Origin: Candidatus Kaiserbacteria bacterium
GTDB taxonomy: Bacteria; Patescibacteriota; Minisyncoccia; Phycocordibacterales; Phycocordibacteraceae
Direction of reading: 5' to 3'
Length of the DNA: 64,000 nt
NCBI GenBank assembly: GCA_963813065.1
Contig: CAWEXP010000006.1
Location: 55,779-119,778, forward strand
Position 1 is the first letter of the stretch. Every line of letters starts with the position of its first letter. The position numbers and the translations under genes are program-made. The notes beneath the pieces were generated by a model. That model was not told the origin of the DNA. It saw only the letters and a program-made list of their open reading frames with translations, and searched no databases. This document shows, piece after piece, positions 9,129-19,032 of the stretch.

Positions 9129-9911
9129 ATGAATATCGAGGAACTCTCAAAGTCTCAACTGATATTGCTCACGATTCTTGTGAATTTCGTTACCTCGGTC
9201 GCGACCGGTATTTTGACGGTGTCCTTGCTCGACCACGTTCCGGCGGTGGTGACCCAGACGGTCAATCGTGTGGTCGACCACACGATCGAGACCGTCACGA
9301 CGGCTCCGGCGGCAGTGATAGCCGCGACACCCATCGCTACTCCTGCGCCCTCGAATCAGGATCTCGTGACGAGCGCACTCTCGGCGTCTGACGCACGTTT
9401 CGTTGCTATTTATCCTGCCGACATCGGTACCTCGACGCCTGCCATCGCTATCGGTACCTACCTGCCCAAGACGCGTGCGATTGTGACCGCCGCACAGAGC
9501 GCCCTGCCGAAGGAGGTGCTCGTCGGGTTCACCGATGGCTCGTATGTCGGCGCCTCGCTCTCGCACGAAGGTCGCGGCATCGCAATCTACGGCTTCGCGG
9601 ACAAGGCACCACTCTTCCAGACCTCAGCGCCGGAGCTCGTCTCTGCGAACAATTTGAAGCTTGGTGAGACGGCACTCGCCATCGCCGCCGACGGAAGCGC
9701 GACCACGGGCATCGTCGCGCGCGTCGGCACGGATGGCATCCACACGACCTTACCGGACATCGGTGCGGGTAGTGCGACCGTCGATCTCTCGGGCAACCTC
9801 ATCGGCATTGCCGCGGGCGGCACCGCCGGGCTCTTGATCCCGACCGACGCCATTCTCGCACTCCTCACCGCCACCTCCACGACGGCGACCTCCACGCCGG
9901 TAACGCACTAG
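9129..9911 (+). CDS. Membrane-anchored hypothetical protein, degenerate HtrA/trypsin-like fold suspected
   Basis: N-terminal TM; [29 protein letters not shown] resemble HtrA segments but catalytic motif not intact. Confidence 0.55.
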   Translation: MNIEELSKSQLILLTILVNFVTSVATGILTVSLLDHVPAVVTQTVNRVVDHTIETVTTAPAAVIAATPIATPAPSNQDLVTSALSASDARFVAIYPADIGTSTPAIAIGTYLPKTRAIVTAAQSALPKEVLVGFTDGSYVGASLSHEGRGIAIYGFADKAPLFQTSAPELVSANNLKLGETALAIAADGSATTGIVARVGTDGIHTTLPDIGAGSATVDLSGNLIGIAAGGTAGLLIPTDAILALLTATSTTATSTPVTH

Positions 9912-9915
9912 TCTC

Positions 9916-12601
9916 ATGCCTCCATTCAACCACTTCACTACCAAAGCCAAAGAAGCCGTTCGTCGCGCGCACGAGCTCGCTATTGAGCGTGGGCAGAATC
10001 ACGTGTCCTCGCTCCACCTCCTCGCCGCCTTAGTGCTCCAAGAGGAGTCACTCGTCTTCTCGATGCTCGACCGGATGGAAGTTGACCCCATCATGCTTGC
10101 CGATTCGGTACTCGAAAATCTCGAAGCGCCGGAGTCCGCCTCAGTGCTCTCGCCCTCCTATCAGATTTATCTCACGCCCGATCTCGCCAAGGCGCTCGAG
10201 GCGGCAGGGAAGGTCGCGGCGCGGATGAACGAAAATTTCGTTGGTACCGAACATCTTTTTATCGCGCTCATCGAAGAGCCGGGTCCGGCGATGGAGATTC
10301 TCGCGCGTTTCCGCATCGACAAGGATTCTGCACTCGCGGTTTTGAAAGAATTGAAGAATAGTAAGGACGGCCAGATTACGGAGCCGAAGCGTTTCCGCGC
10401 GCTCTCCAAATATGCGCGTAATCTCACCAAGATGGCCGCCGACAATAAGCTCGACCCGGTCATCGGTCGCGACCAGGAGATTAATCGCGTCATCCAGATT
10501 CTCGCGCGCCGTACTAAGAATAATCCGGTCCTCATCGGCGAGCCGGGCACGGGCAAGACTTCTATTGCAGAAGGATTGGCGCTGCGCATGGCGACCAACG
10601 ACGTGCCGGAATCGATTCGCGGCAAGGAACTCCTCTCGCTCGATCTCGGTCTGCTTATCGCGGGCACCAAGTATCGCGGCGAATTTGAAGAGCGATTGAA
10701 AAATGTGATGAAGGAAGTCGAGCGCGCAGAAGGGAAGGTTATCCTTTTCGTCGACGAGCTCCACACCATTGTCGGCGCGGGTGGGGCAGAGGGCTCGCTC
10801 GATGCCTCGAACATGCTTAAGCCGGCGCTCAGCCGCGGCGAGCTCCGCATGATTGGTGCAACAACGTTGAAGGAGTATCAGAAATATGTCGAGAAGGATG
10901 CGGCGCTCACGCGGCGATTCCAGCCGGTCTTTGTCGCGGAGCCGACCGTCGAAGATGGTATCGCGATTCTGCGTGGCCTGCGCGACAAGTACGAGCTTTT
11001 CCACGGCGTGCGGATTACCGATGGCGCCATTGTCGCCGCGGTGGATCTCTCCGCGCGCTATATCAGCGATCGCTATTTGCCCGACAAGGCGATCGACCTG
11101 ATTGATGAAGCCGCCTCTGGCCTGCGTATCGCGCTCGAGAACAAGCCGCCGCTCCTCGAAGAAACCGACCGCAAAATTCGCCGCCTCGAGATTGAACGCC
11201 AAGCACTCTCGAAGGATGCCGAGACCGAGCAGAGCAAAGAGATTACCGAGCGCCTGAAGGCAATTGAGAAAGAAATTGCTGACCTGAAAGAGAAGACGAG
11301 CGAGCTCGAGCTGAAGTGGAAAAATGAAAAAGAAGTGCTTGAGGGTATCCGCGCCGAATAAGACTGAGCTGGAAAAATTGAAGACAGCAGGCCGACCTCG
11401 CCGATGTCGCCGCAGACCTCGGCACCGTCGCCGAGATTCGCTACGGCAAGATCCCGCAATTGCAAAAAGACTTGGAAGTGAAACTGAAGCGCTTGAAAAC
11501 GCTCCAGAAGTCGCGCCGCGTGTTGAATGAAGAAGTGACCGAGCACGAGATTGCGGCGGTTGTCGGTCGCTGGACCGGCATTCCCGTTTCCAGGATGCTC
11601 GAAGAAGAGGCGACGAAGCTCTCGCGCATGGAGGAGACGTTGAAGAAGACCATCATCGGCCAGGACGCGGCGATCCAGAAGGTCGCGGATGCGGTGAAGC
11701 GCTCGCGCGTCGGCATCAGCGACCCGAATCGGCCCATCGGCTCGTTCCTCTTCCTCGGGCCCACCGGCGTCGGCAAGACCGAGCTCTCGCGCCAGCTGGC
11801 GGAATTTATGTTCAACGATCCCGAGGCTCTGGTGCGCGTCGACATGAGCGAATTTATGGAGAAACACTCAGTGGCGAAACTCATTGGCGCACCGCCGGGC
11901 TATGTCGGCCACGAAGAAGCGGGCTCGCTGACCGAGCGCATGCGTCACCGCCCGTATGCCGTCATTCTCTTCGACGAAATCGAGAAGGCGCATCCGGAAG
12001 TCTTTAATATCCTCCTCCAAGTGCTCGACTCGGGGCACCTCACCGACTCAAGGGTCGCAAGGTCAATTTCAAGAACACGATTATCATTCTCACGAGCAAC
12101 ATCGGCGGGGAATACGTCGATCGCCTCGCGCATATCGGATTCGGCGCTACGGATGCCACCGACGCGACGCGCTACGAGGAGACGAAAGAAAAGGTGATGA
12201 ACGCTCTGAAGGATCACTTCCGTCCCGAGTTCCTCAATCGCCTCGACGACATCATCATCTTCGATGTGCTCTCGCGGGAGGCGCTCGCCGGTATCGTCGA
12301 GAAACAGGTCGCCGAAGTGGTCGGCCGACTCGCCGAGAAAAAGATTTCGCTCGCTATCACGCCCGAGGTGCGTGCCTGGCTCGCGGAGAAGGGGTACAGC
12401 CTGCAGTACGGCGCGCGCCCTCTGCGCCGCACCATCCAGGACAAGATCCTCACGCCGCTCGCGTCGCTGATGATCTCGCATGGCGTCAGCGAGGGTGGCA
12501 CGGTCACGGTCTCGTTGAAAAATGGCGAACCGAATTTTGAAGTCCAGAAACGCGCCCCGCGTGCGGTCAAAGCCTCGCGCGCGACTGCCGCGGTTGCCTA
12601 A
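9916..12601 (+). CDS. clpB: ClpB/ClpC AAA+ chaperone (frameshifts near 11360-11400 and 12050)
   Basis: [16 protein letters not shown], coiled-coil M domain, [26 protein letters not shown] across ORFs 9916-11361, 11460-12197, 12194-12601. Confidence 0.9.
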
Positions 12602-12630
12602 GAGGCGTTCGTCTGCTAGATTCTCCCTAT

Positions 12631-12786
12631 ATGTCCCAAGACCGCATTTTGAAGCTGAAGTCCACCAAGTCGAAGCACGTCATCTGGACGCGCAAGAACA
12701 AGAAGCAGGTGGAGCGCAAGATTGAGCTCATGAAGTTCGATCCGACTTTGCGCAAGCGTGTCCTCTTCAAAGAGGCAAAGAAATAA
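12631..12786 (+). CDS. rpmG: 50S ribosomal protein L33
   Basis: Hand translation MSQDRILKLKSTKSKHVIWTRKNKKQVERKIELMKFDPTLRKRVLFKEAKK (below ORF-track cutoff). Confidence 0.93.
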   Translation: MSQDRILKLKSTKSKHVIWTRKNKKQVERKIELMKFDPTLRKRVLFKEAKK

Positions 12787-12845
12787 TTGCTTTTTCCTGC
12801 CACTGGCGGTAGGCTCTCGCCAGAGTTGTAACACAGGAGTTCGTC

Positions 12846-13424
12846 GTGAAGACAGCGAAACTGCAACCAGGCGAGTGGGGTGTGCGTGGGCCAATCGAGT
12901 TCGAGGTGCCCTACGGCATCCCGGCCGATGTCGAATATGCTTTCAAAGAGGACGAGCGCGCCTGTTTCAAAGATGCGAAGAACTCAGTCGGGCGTTTCAA
13001 TCAATGCCGAACCAATTCACGCGAACGGAAAATTGTTCGTCCAATGCTCGGCGCTATTGCGATTCTCCCATACGCTGGCGTACTCTCAGATCAGCTGGAG
13101 AAGATTGTCGAAAATTTGACGGCGCTTGCCGGCTACACCGCGGCCGATGCCTACGAGCTCGCCGCGTGGGTCAAAAGGGTAGAGCGACGCAAGCTCTCGC
13201 CCGACATTCTCTTCGCGCCCTGTACCTTCACTCGCACGGCGCGGGACAACATCGATCTGCTCTGCTACGTTAAAACATTGCGCCGTTGTGAATTTCTCAA
13301 CGTCTCGCAAGGCTCGCTTACGAGCGAGTACGGTCCGGCGATGGTGCGCGGGGATAACTCGCACTGGCTCTTCAAGTCGCACATGACCGCCGGCGTGCTG
13401 TGCACCAAACCATTCAATCAATAA
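12846..13424 (+). CDS. Hypothetical protein
   Basis: 192 aa, AGGAG upstream, followed by terminator. Confidence 0.6.
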   Translation: MKTAKLQPGEWGVRGPIEFEVPYGIPADVEYAFKEDERACFKDAKNSVGRFNQCRTNSRERKIVRPMLGAIAILPYAGVLSDQLEKIVENLTALAGYTAADAYELAAWVKRVERRKLSPDILFAPCTFTRTARDNIDLLCYVKTLRRCEFLNVSQGSLTSEYGPAMVRGDNSHWLFKSHMTAGVLCTKPFNQ

Positions 13425-13426
13425 TA

Positions 13427-13458
13427 AAAACGGCCCCAAATCGGGGCCGTCATTTTTT
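13427..13458. terminator. Bidirectional intrinsic terminator
   Basis: aaaacggcccc-aaatc-ggggccgtcatttttt between convergent genes. Confidence 0.7.
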
Positions 13459-13760
13459 CAGATTGTCATCGGATCGACGGTAAGGGATGTGTCCTCGCGC
13501 CAGATCTCGTTGCCGTCATCGTCTTTGAGCACGACATTCCGCACGCGAACCGGTTCGCCGCGCGGGCCGATATTCGGTATGGGTAAGCGGCTGATGAAAT
13601 TTTGCGCAATAAAGATGGCCGCTCTATTACTCTCATCGCTTGACGTACCGCTCGGCACATCGACGGGCGCTGATTTGGGTTCCCAGACAATGGGGCCGCT
13701 ATGCGGCGAATCGCCAGGCCCGCGAGTGGGCTGTTCGAAGGTCAATTCGTACGTTTTCAT
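13458..13760 (-). CDS. Hypothetical protein
   Basis: ATG 13760 with AAGGAG RBS, 100 aa. Confidence 0.55.
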   Translation of the reverse strand: MKTYELTFEQPTRGPGDSPHSGPIVWEPKSAPVDVPSGTSSDESNRAAIFIAQNFISRLPIPNIGPRGEPVRVRNVVLKDDDGNEIWREDTSLTVDPMTI

Positions 13761-13838
13761 CGCACGCTCCTTTTCGGGTGCTGATCTTCCTCCATCATCG
13801 CCCCCTGCGACCCGAGCGTCAAGTATTAAAAATAAAGG

Positions 13839-13909
13839 CGGGTCCACCAGGATTCGAACCTGGATTAACGGTTTTGGAGACCGTCGTTCTACCATTGAAC
13901 TATGAACCC
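13839..13909 (-). tRNA. tRNA-Trp(CCA)
   Basis: Cloverleaf, acggt-ct CCA aa-accgt. Confidence 0.95.
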
Positions 13910-14061
13910 GGAGTGAGGTCACGAGCGATACGTCTGCGTATTGCTCGTGCGCCGAACGCAGGGTTCACACGCTTACGTATGAACCCGTAGTGGAAGGGTA
14001 GCAGACTCGAGGCGGTGGGGAAAGCTGCTCTGGCGCCTTACAGAGGGAGTATGATGGCGGT

Positions 14062-15072
14062 ATGCGTTCTCGCTTGCCGCTTTTGGCACTGCTCGCCACC
14101 CTCGGGTCTTTTGCGCTCCCACTCTTTGCGCATGCCACGGGCATCCCGTACTTCGGCCCTGTGGTGCCGAGCAATGCCGCCACCTGCGCCGCTGGCTGGC
14201 AGAGCCTCATCCAACTCATCAACAACGCCGTCGCGGTGGGCATCACCATCGTCCTGCTCTTCATCGCGCCCATCATGATCGCCTACGCCGGTTTTCTCTA
14301 TGTGGTGAATCCGGTTAATCCGAGCGGAAGGAGCCAGGCGAATAAGATGATGCTCAATGTGGTCACGGGCATCGTTATCTCGCTCGCGGCCTGGCTCATT
14401 GTGGATGCGGTTCTCACGACGCTTACCAATCAGGGCGGCCTAAATGTTTGGACCGCCGGCATGTTTGGCGACGGCACCACGCCCTGCCTCATTACCGATG
14501 CCAGTTTGAATACTTTTAATCAGAGCACGGGACAGACGGTCACGAGCGCGAGCGCGAACAGCGCGGCGCTCTCGGGTACCGGTGTCGGCTCCTGCGATCC
14601 CATCGAGGTCGGTGTCGGCGCGTCGAATGGCGGGTATGCCACAACTGCGGCAGAGGACCAGGCGCTTGCCTGCATCGCGCGCTACGAGAGTTCCTGTGGC
14701 ACCAAGAATCCGCCCTACAATCTCAACTCGAGCTGGAACACTCCAATAGCTAGCGCGGGTGGCAAAGCATCAACTGCGGCCGGTGCATTCCAGGTGCTTC
14801 TTGCTTCGAATCATACCTGCTACGACAATAACGCCTGTGATGCGGCGGTAAACTTGCCTCCCGGCACGCCGCTCAATTGCAACAAGGCGTTTACCTCGCT
14901 CGGCCTTCCGATTGATGGTCCCGCTCTGCAACAATGCGAACAAGCGGCGGGAAATGTCGCGTGCAGTTCGGCGGCCGCAGCCTGTCTGCTCACCCAGCAA
15001 ACTTTTCTCAAAGCCTATGCGGCCGATTCCTATGCGCAGAGTTGCGCGAGCCAGGCCGGCTACAGTGGCTAA
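14062..15072 (+). CDS. Pilin-domain protein fused to Cys-rich lysozyme/lytic-transglycosylase-like domain
   Basis: Signal peptide, MIAYAGFLY...ISLAAWLIV pilin motif, then CIARYESSCG and STAAGAFQV. Confidence 0.65.
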   Translation: MRSRLPLLALLATLGSFALPLFAHATGIPYFGPVVPSNAATCAAGWQSLIQLINNAVAVGITIVLLFIAPIMIAYAGFLYVVNPVNPSGRSQANKMMLNVVTGIVISLAAWLIVDAVLTTLTNQGGLNVWTAGMFGDGTTPCLITDASLNTFNQSTGQTVTSASANSAALSGTGVGSCDPIEVGVGASNGGYATTAAEDQALACIARYESSCGTKNPPYNLNSSWNTPIASAGGKASTAAGAFQVLLASNHTCYDNNACDAAVNLPPGTPLNCNKAFTSLGLPIDGPALQQCEQAAGNVACSSAAAACLLTQQTFLKAYAADSYAQSCASQAGYSG

Positions 15073-15089
15073 TGCGCTATGATGCAACT

Positions 15090-15629
15090 ATGAAAAAAGT
15101 ACTTATCATCCTCGCAATTCTCCTCATTATTCTCGGCGCAGTGTATTTCTTTTTCTTCACTGCGAAGATGCCAAACACACTCATCACCGGTACGCCCGGC
15201 TTACCAGTTGCCGGTTCGCAGTTGACGCCCGTTGGCTCGGAGGCGTCGACCACGACGAGCGCAGCGGAAGTCACGGTCGCTGCGCGTGGCACGGACCAGC
15301 CGATCGTCGTCAATGATTTTGTGCACAACGGCACCACGGCGCCTGACCCTTCGAATACGGGTAATTATTATCTCGCGGGTATGAACGGGAGCGATTTCGC
15401 TATCAGCTACAACGCGACGAGCCAATTTTTCACCATCGCGCTCAACAAAGAGCCCATCGGCACTGCGCGGCTTGAGGCAGAGCAATTCCTCCTGAAGGCA
15501 CTTGGGATACCTGAGGCACAACTCTGTAATATTAATTATTATCTCGGCACCGACGTATACACCAACTCGCTCTATGCCGGCAAGAACCTCGGCTTCAGCT
15601 TCTGCCCGGGCGCAACCGCATTACCCTAG
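15090..15629 (+). CDS. Membrane-anchored hypothetical protein
   Basis: MKKVLIILAILL TM, C-terminal LGFSFCPGA. Confidence 0.7.
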   Translation: MKKVLIILAILLIILGAVYFFFFTAKMPNTLITGTPGLPVAGSQLTPVGSEASTTTSAAEVTVAARGTDQPIVVNDFVHNGTTAPDPSNTGNYYLAGMNGSDFAISYNATSQFFTIALNKEPIGTARLEAEQFLLKALGIPEAQLCNINYYLGTDVYTNSLYAGKNLGFSFCPGATALP

Positions 15630-15672
15630 TCACGAGTGCTCACCAAGCAAACAAAACAGAGCGCTCGGGCCG

Positions 15673-16609
15673 CTAGGCCAATTCAACTCTGTTTTGTTCG
15701 CTTGCCTCGCACTCGTTTGCCAGCTTGCGGAGCCACGGCTTTTTGGCGACGGGCGTACTGCCACAGTTTAGCCGAAAGGGTAGGGAGAAGTGATTCTTTT
15801 GTGCGTTCATCACGCAAAAATTCGCCGACGATTTTGTACTCGAGACCGAGTTCGTTGAGGCGTAGTGCCTGCCCGGCTCGCTCGCGAGACGGGTCGCCAA
15901 CTTCTGCGCGCACGCGGGCGACCTCTTCGATAAGTCCGCGCTCCAGAGCGCTCGCGAGTCGCGCATCAATGTGTGCGCGCAATTCTTCGCGTGGTGGATC
16001 GATCATGATCCACTCGATTTGGTATTTGGGAAGGTCCTGTTTGTTCAGGTCAGACCTAAACAGTTGCTGTTTAGGTCTGACCTGAACAGGTCGCAGAGGG
16101 ACAGAGCCGCGAGCGGCAATAATCTCGAGCGCGCGGACGAGTCGGCGACGATTCTGCGGATCGAGCTCGGCCGCGCGGCGCGGGTCGGCTGTTTGTACTC
16201 TCGCAAACAGTTCTTCGGTCGAGAGCGTTCGAGCTCGGCGCGCAGTTCTGGATTCATGGCCACACTGCCGGGCAAACCTTTCAGCAATGCATCAAAATAA
16301 AAATGCGTCCCGCCGGCGAGGATCGGCAATTTCCCACGCGCGTTATCTCTGCGATCAGTCGCTCCGGCGTCGTGGACAAAATCTCCTGCCGAATAACTTT
16401 CGATTGCGTTGCGAATATCGATAAGGTGGTGAGATATGCCACGCATTTCCTCGCTCGTGTATTTTCTCCGTGCCAATGTCGAGGCCGCGGTAGACTTGGC
16501 GTGAGTCGACCGAAATCGACCTCGCCCCCCGCGCGAGCGCTTCTTGCACGGCCCGCGCGGATTTCCCCGAGGCGGTCGGCCCGGCGATGATAAGGATTTG
16601 CTCTGCCAT
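15673..16609 (-). CDS. miaA: tRNA dimethylallyltransferase, multiply frameshifted as given
   Basis: AGPTASGKS, DSRQVYRGLDIGT, HHLIDI, LPILAGGTHFY, ELGLEY, YARRQ spread over several frames. Confidence 0.85.
15867..15893 (+). repeat. 27-nt CCTGCCCG-type insert in miaA
   Basis: gcctgcccggctcgctcgcgagacggg, read as PSRERAGQA in miaA. Confidence 0.55.
16042..16088. repeat. REPIN-like doublet (AGGTC-W-GACCT cores) in miaA
   Basis: 22-bp perfect inverted repeat tgttcaggtcagacctaaacag / ctgtttaggtctgacctgaaca with ttg spacer. Confidence 0.85.
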
Positions 16610-16630
16610 CAGCCGCGATGGTATCCATAA

Positions 16631-17296
16631 ATGTATGAAAGAAATGAAAAGCAATTATTGCGAGCATTGCGGCGAGTTCCACGATCATCCGGCCACGACT
16701 ATGTGAGCCAGGTGCGTGTTGGCGAGAGCGTGCCGGACTTCGAGTTCGAGGTCTACCAGAAGGAGAATATTAAAAAGATGTCGCTGTCCTCTCTGCGCGG
16801 CAAGTGGGCCGTGCTGGTCTTCTATCCGGCTGACTTCACGTTCGTCTGTCCGACCGAGCTCGAAGAATATGCGCATCTCTATTCGAAGTTCCAAGAATTG
16901 AATGCCGAAGTGATTTCGGTTTCCTCAGACACGGTCTTCACGCACAAGGCCTGGCACGACACGAGCGAGGCAATCAGCAGAATCAACTATCCGATGGCGG
17001 CTGACCCTTCGGGCAAATTGGCGTACGCCTTTGGCGTGCTCATTGAGGGTGGCGAGGCGGAGCTGACGCCGGACGAGGGTCTCGCTCTGCGCGGTACCTT
17101 CCTCATCGACCCGGCGGGCATCCTCCGCGCGATGGAGATCAACGACAATTCGATGGGCCGCAAGGCCGCCGAGACGCTCCGCAAGCTCCAGATGGCGCAG
17201 TACGTCGAGACGCACAAGGGTCAGGTCTGTCCGGCTTCGTGGGAGCCGGGTGACGACACGCTCGAGCCGGGGCTTGATCTGGTAGGGAAGATATAA
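16631..17296 (+). CDS. ahpC: 2-Cys peroxiredoxin (AhpC); true start uncertain
   Basis: FYPADFTFVCPTE, RGTFLIDP, QVCPASW. Confidence 0.92.
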   Translation: MYERNEKQLLRALRRVPRSSGHDYVSQVRVGESVPDFEFEVYQKENIKKMSLSSLRGKWAVLVFYPADFTFVCPTELEEYAHLYSKFQELNAEVISVSSDTVFTHKAWHDTSEAISRINYPMAADPSGKLAYAFGVLIEGGEAELTPDEGLALRGTFLIDPAGILRAMEINDNSMGRKAAETLRKLQMAQYVETHKGQVCPASWEPGDDTLEPGLDLVGKI

Positions 17297-17297
17297 C

Positions 17298-17906
17298 GTG
17301 CCATCTTCGCGCGAACTCTTCGACTCGTCGGGCGCGCTCACGCACGGGCATTTCATTTTCACCAACGGTCGCCACAGCGATCGCTATGTTGACAAGGACC
17401 GCGCGCTTGCGCCGAGCGTTGCGGCGCGCGTGCACGCCTGGAATATCGCGCACGCATTTGCAGGGCGGGGCATCGAGGTGGTGATTTCGCCCGCTGAAGG
17501 TGCCATCGCGCTCGGCGCGCGGGTCGCCGATGCCCTCACCGATCTCGATGGTCACGAAGTCTTTTTCGCCATATTGAAAAAAGACGCCGAGTCTCCGCAC
17601 GGATTCAGCTTTCGCTCAACGGGTGCTGATTGGGTGGCGGGCAAACGTGCACTCATTGTCGAGGATGTGCTCACAACGGGCGGGAGCGCGCGTAAAGCGG
17701 TCGGTGCCACGCGCGCAGTAGGTGCCGAGGTTGTTGCGCTCGCGGCCTTTGCCAATCGCGAGAGCGTCACGGCGGGCGACCTCGGCGTGCCCGAGCTCTT
17801 CACCCTCCTCCACATCCCCACACTCTCGTGGCCGCCCGAACGGTGCCCGCTCTGCCAGGCTGGCGTCCCCATCACCGAAACCCTCGGGCACGGAAAGCAG
17901 AAATAA
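17298..17906 (+). CDS. pyrE: Orotate phosphoribosyltransferase-like PRTase
   Basis: GHFIFTNGRHSDRYVDK, IVEDVLTTGGS, C-terminal CPLC. Confidence 0.75.
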   Translation: MPSSRELFDSSGALTHGHFIFTNGRHSDRYVDKDRALAPSVAARVHAWNIAHAFAGRGIEVVISPAEGAIALGARVADALTDLDGHEVFFAILKKDAESPHGFSFRSTGADWVAGKRALIVEDVLTTGGSARKAVGATRAVGAEVVALAAFANRESVTAGDLGVPELFTLLHIPTLSWPPERCPLCQAGVPITETLGHGKQK

Positions 17907-17916
17907 AATTACGTTG

Positions 17917-17998
17917 TGCCGGGAGAGAGACTCGAACTCTCATGACTCGCGTCGAGGGGTTTTGAATCCCTTGCGTCTACCAATTCCGCCATCCCGGC
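17917..17998 (-). tRNA. tRNA-Leu(CAA)
   Basis: Cloverleaf, aggga-tt CAA aa-cccct, long variable arm. Confidence 0.9.
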
Positions 17999-18055
17999 TG
18001 TGCATTCAACACTAGCATTTTCTCTCTTTATTTTCATCGTGGTAGAATTGCACCA

Positions 18056-19030
18056 ATGCCCGACGATGCGAAGTACGTCCCGACCAAATACGACTCGATT
18101 TTCTTGATTGATGTCGAGAAGATACACCCAAACCCTTTCCAACCGCGGCGGGAGTTCGACATGGAGAAACTGAAGTCGCTCGCCGAGTCGATCCGCCAGT
18201 ACGGCCTCCTCCAGCCCCTGACCGTGACACGCAACGATGTGGAGCGGCCGGAGGGCGGCCTCGTGAGCGAGTACGAGCTCATCGCGGGCGAGCGGCGCCT
18301 CCGTGCAAGCAAGCTTATCGGGCTCAAGCAGGTGCCGGTGGTTATCCGCACCGGCGAGACCAACCTCACCAAGCTCGAGCTCGCCATCATCGAGAATCTC
18401 CAGCGCGAAGACCTTAACGCCATCGATCGCGCGAAAGCGCTCGCCCAGCTCATCGAACAATTTAAAATTTCACACGCGGAGACGGCCGCCAAGATCGGCA
18501 AGAGCCGCGAATACGTTACTAACTCCCTGCGCCTCCTCACGCTCCCCGAGGAGATGCAGAATGCGATTGTGAATAAAGAAATTAGCGAGGGTCACGCGCG
18601 CACTCTGCTCGCGCTCAACGAGCGCCCTGAAGAGCGCGAGACGCTGTTCAAAGAAATTACGCTCAAGAAGCTCTCGGTGCGCGCGGCCGAGCGCATTGCG
18701 CGCTCCATCGCGCAGGAGCGCGTGCGTGCGCATCACAAGAAGACGCCCGAGATGATGGAAATCGAGAAGTCGCTGACTGAGAGTCTCGGCACGCGCGTCA
18801 TCATCGAGGCGAGCGCCGAGGGCGGTCGGCTGACCATCGACTTCTTCTCGCCCGAGGATCTTGCGGCAATTGTTTCGTCCTTCGCGTTCGAGCAGAAGAG
18901 TGCGTCTGCGCCTTCGGTTTCGCCCATCCTCTATCCCAACACGACACAACTCTCCTCCGACCCCGTCGCTCCGCCGGCGCCCGAGGAGAGCGAGGAGGAT
19001 TCTTATTCCGTCAGCACTTTTAGTCTTTGA
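18056..19030 (+). CDS. parB: ParB/Spo0J partition protein
   Basis: NPFQPR, IAGERRLRA, IENLQREDL, HTH, ISEGHAR. Confidence 0.95.
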   Translation: MPDDAKYVPTKYDSIFLIDVEKIHPNPFQPRREFDMEKLKSLAESIRQYGLLQPLTVTRNDVERPEGGLVSEYELIAGERRLRASKLIGLKQVPVVIRTGETNLTKLELAIIENLQREDLNAIDRAKALAQLIEQFKISHAETAAKIGKSREYVTNSLRLLTLPEEMQNAIVNKEISEGHARTLLALNERPEERETLFKEITLKKLSVRAAERIARSIAQERVRAHHKKTPEMMEIEKSLTESLGTRVIIEASAEGGRLTIDFFSPEDLAAIVSSFAFEQKSASAPSVSPILYPNTTQLSSDPVAPPAPEESEEDSYSVSTFSL

Positions 19031-19032
19031 CT

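Noticed and set aside
11359-11361. Stop-codon reassignment
   Set aside because: The breaks are frame changes, not in-frame stops; TGA, TAA and TAG all end genes normally.
9916-12601. Split clpB as a pseudogene or programmed frameshift
   Set aside because: Similar single-base frame breaks hit miaA, def, ftsI and others, including genes expected to be essential, so read or assembly indels are the simplest explanation; needs read check.
15673-16609. miaA as a true pseudogene destroyed by repeats
   Set aside because: Frame breaks are scattered away from the repeats and motifs are otherwise intact; likely a low-quality stretch.
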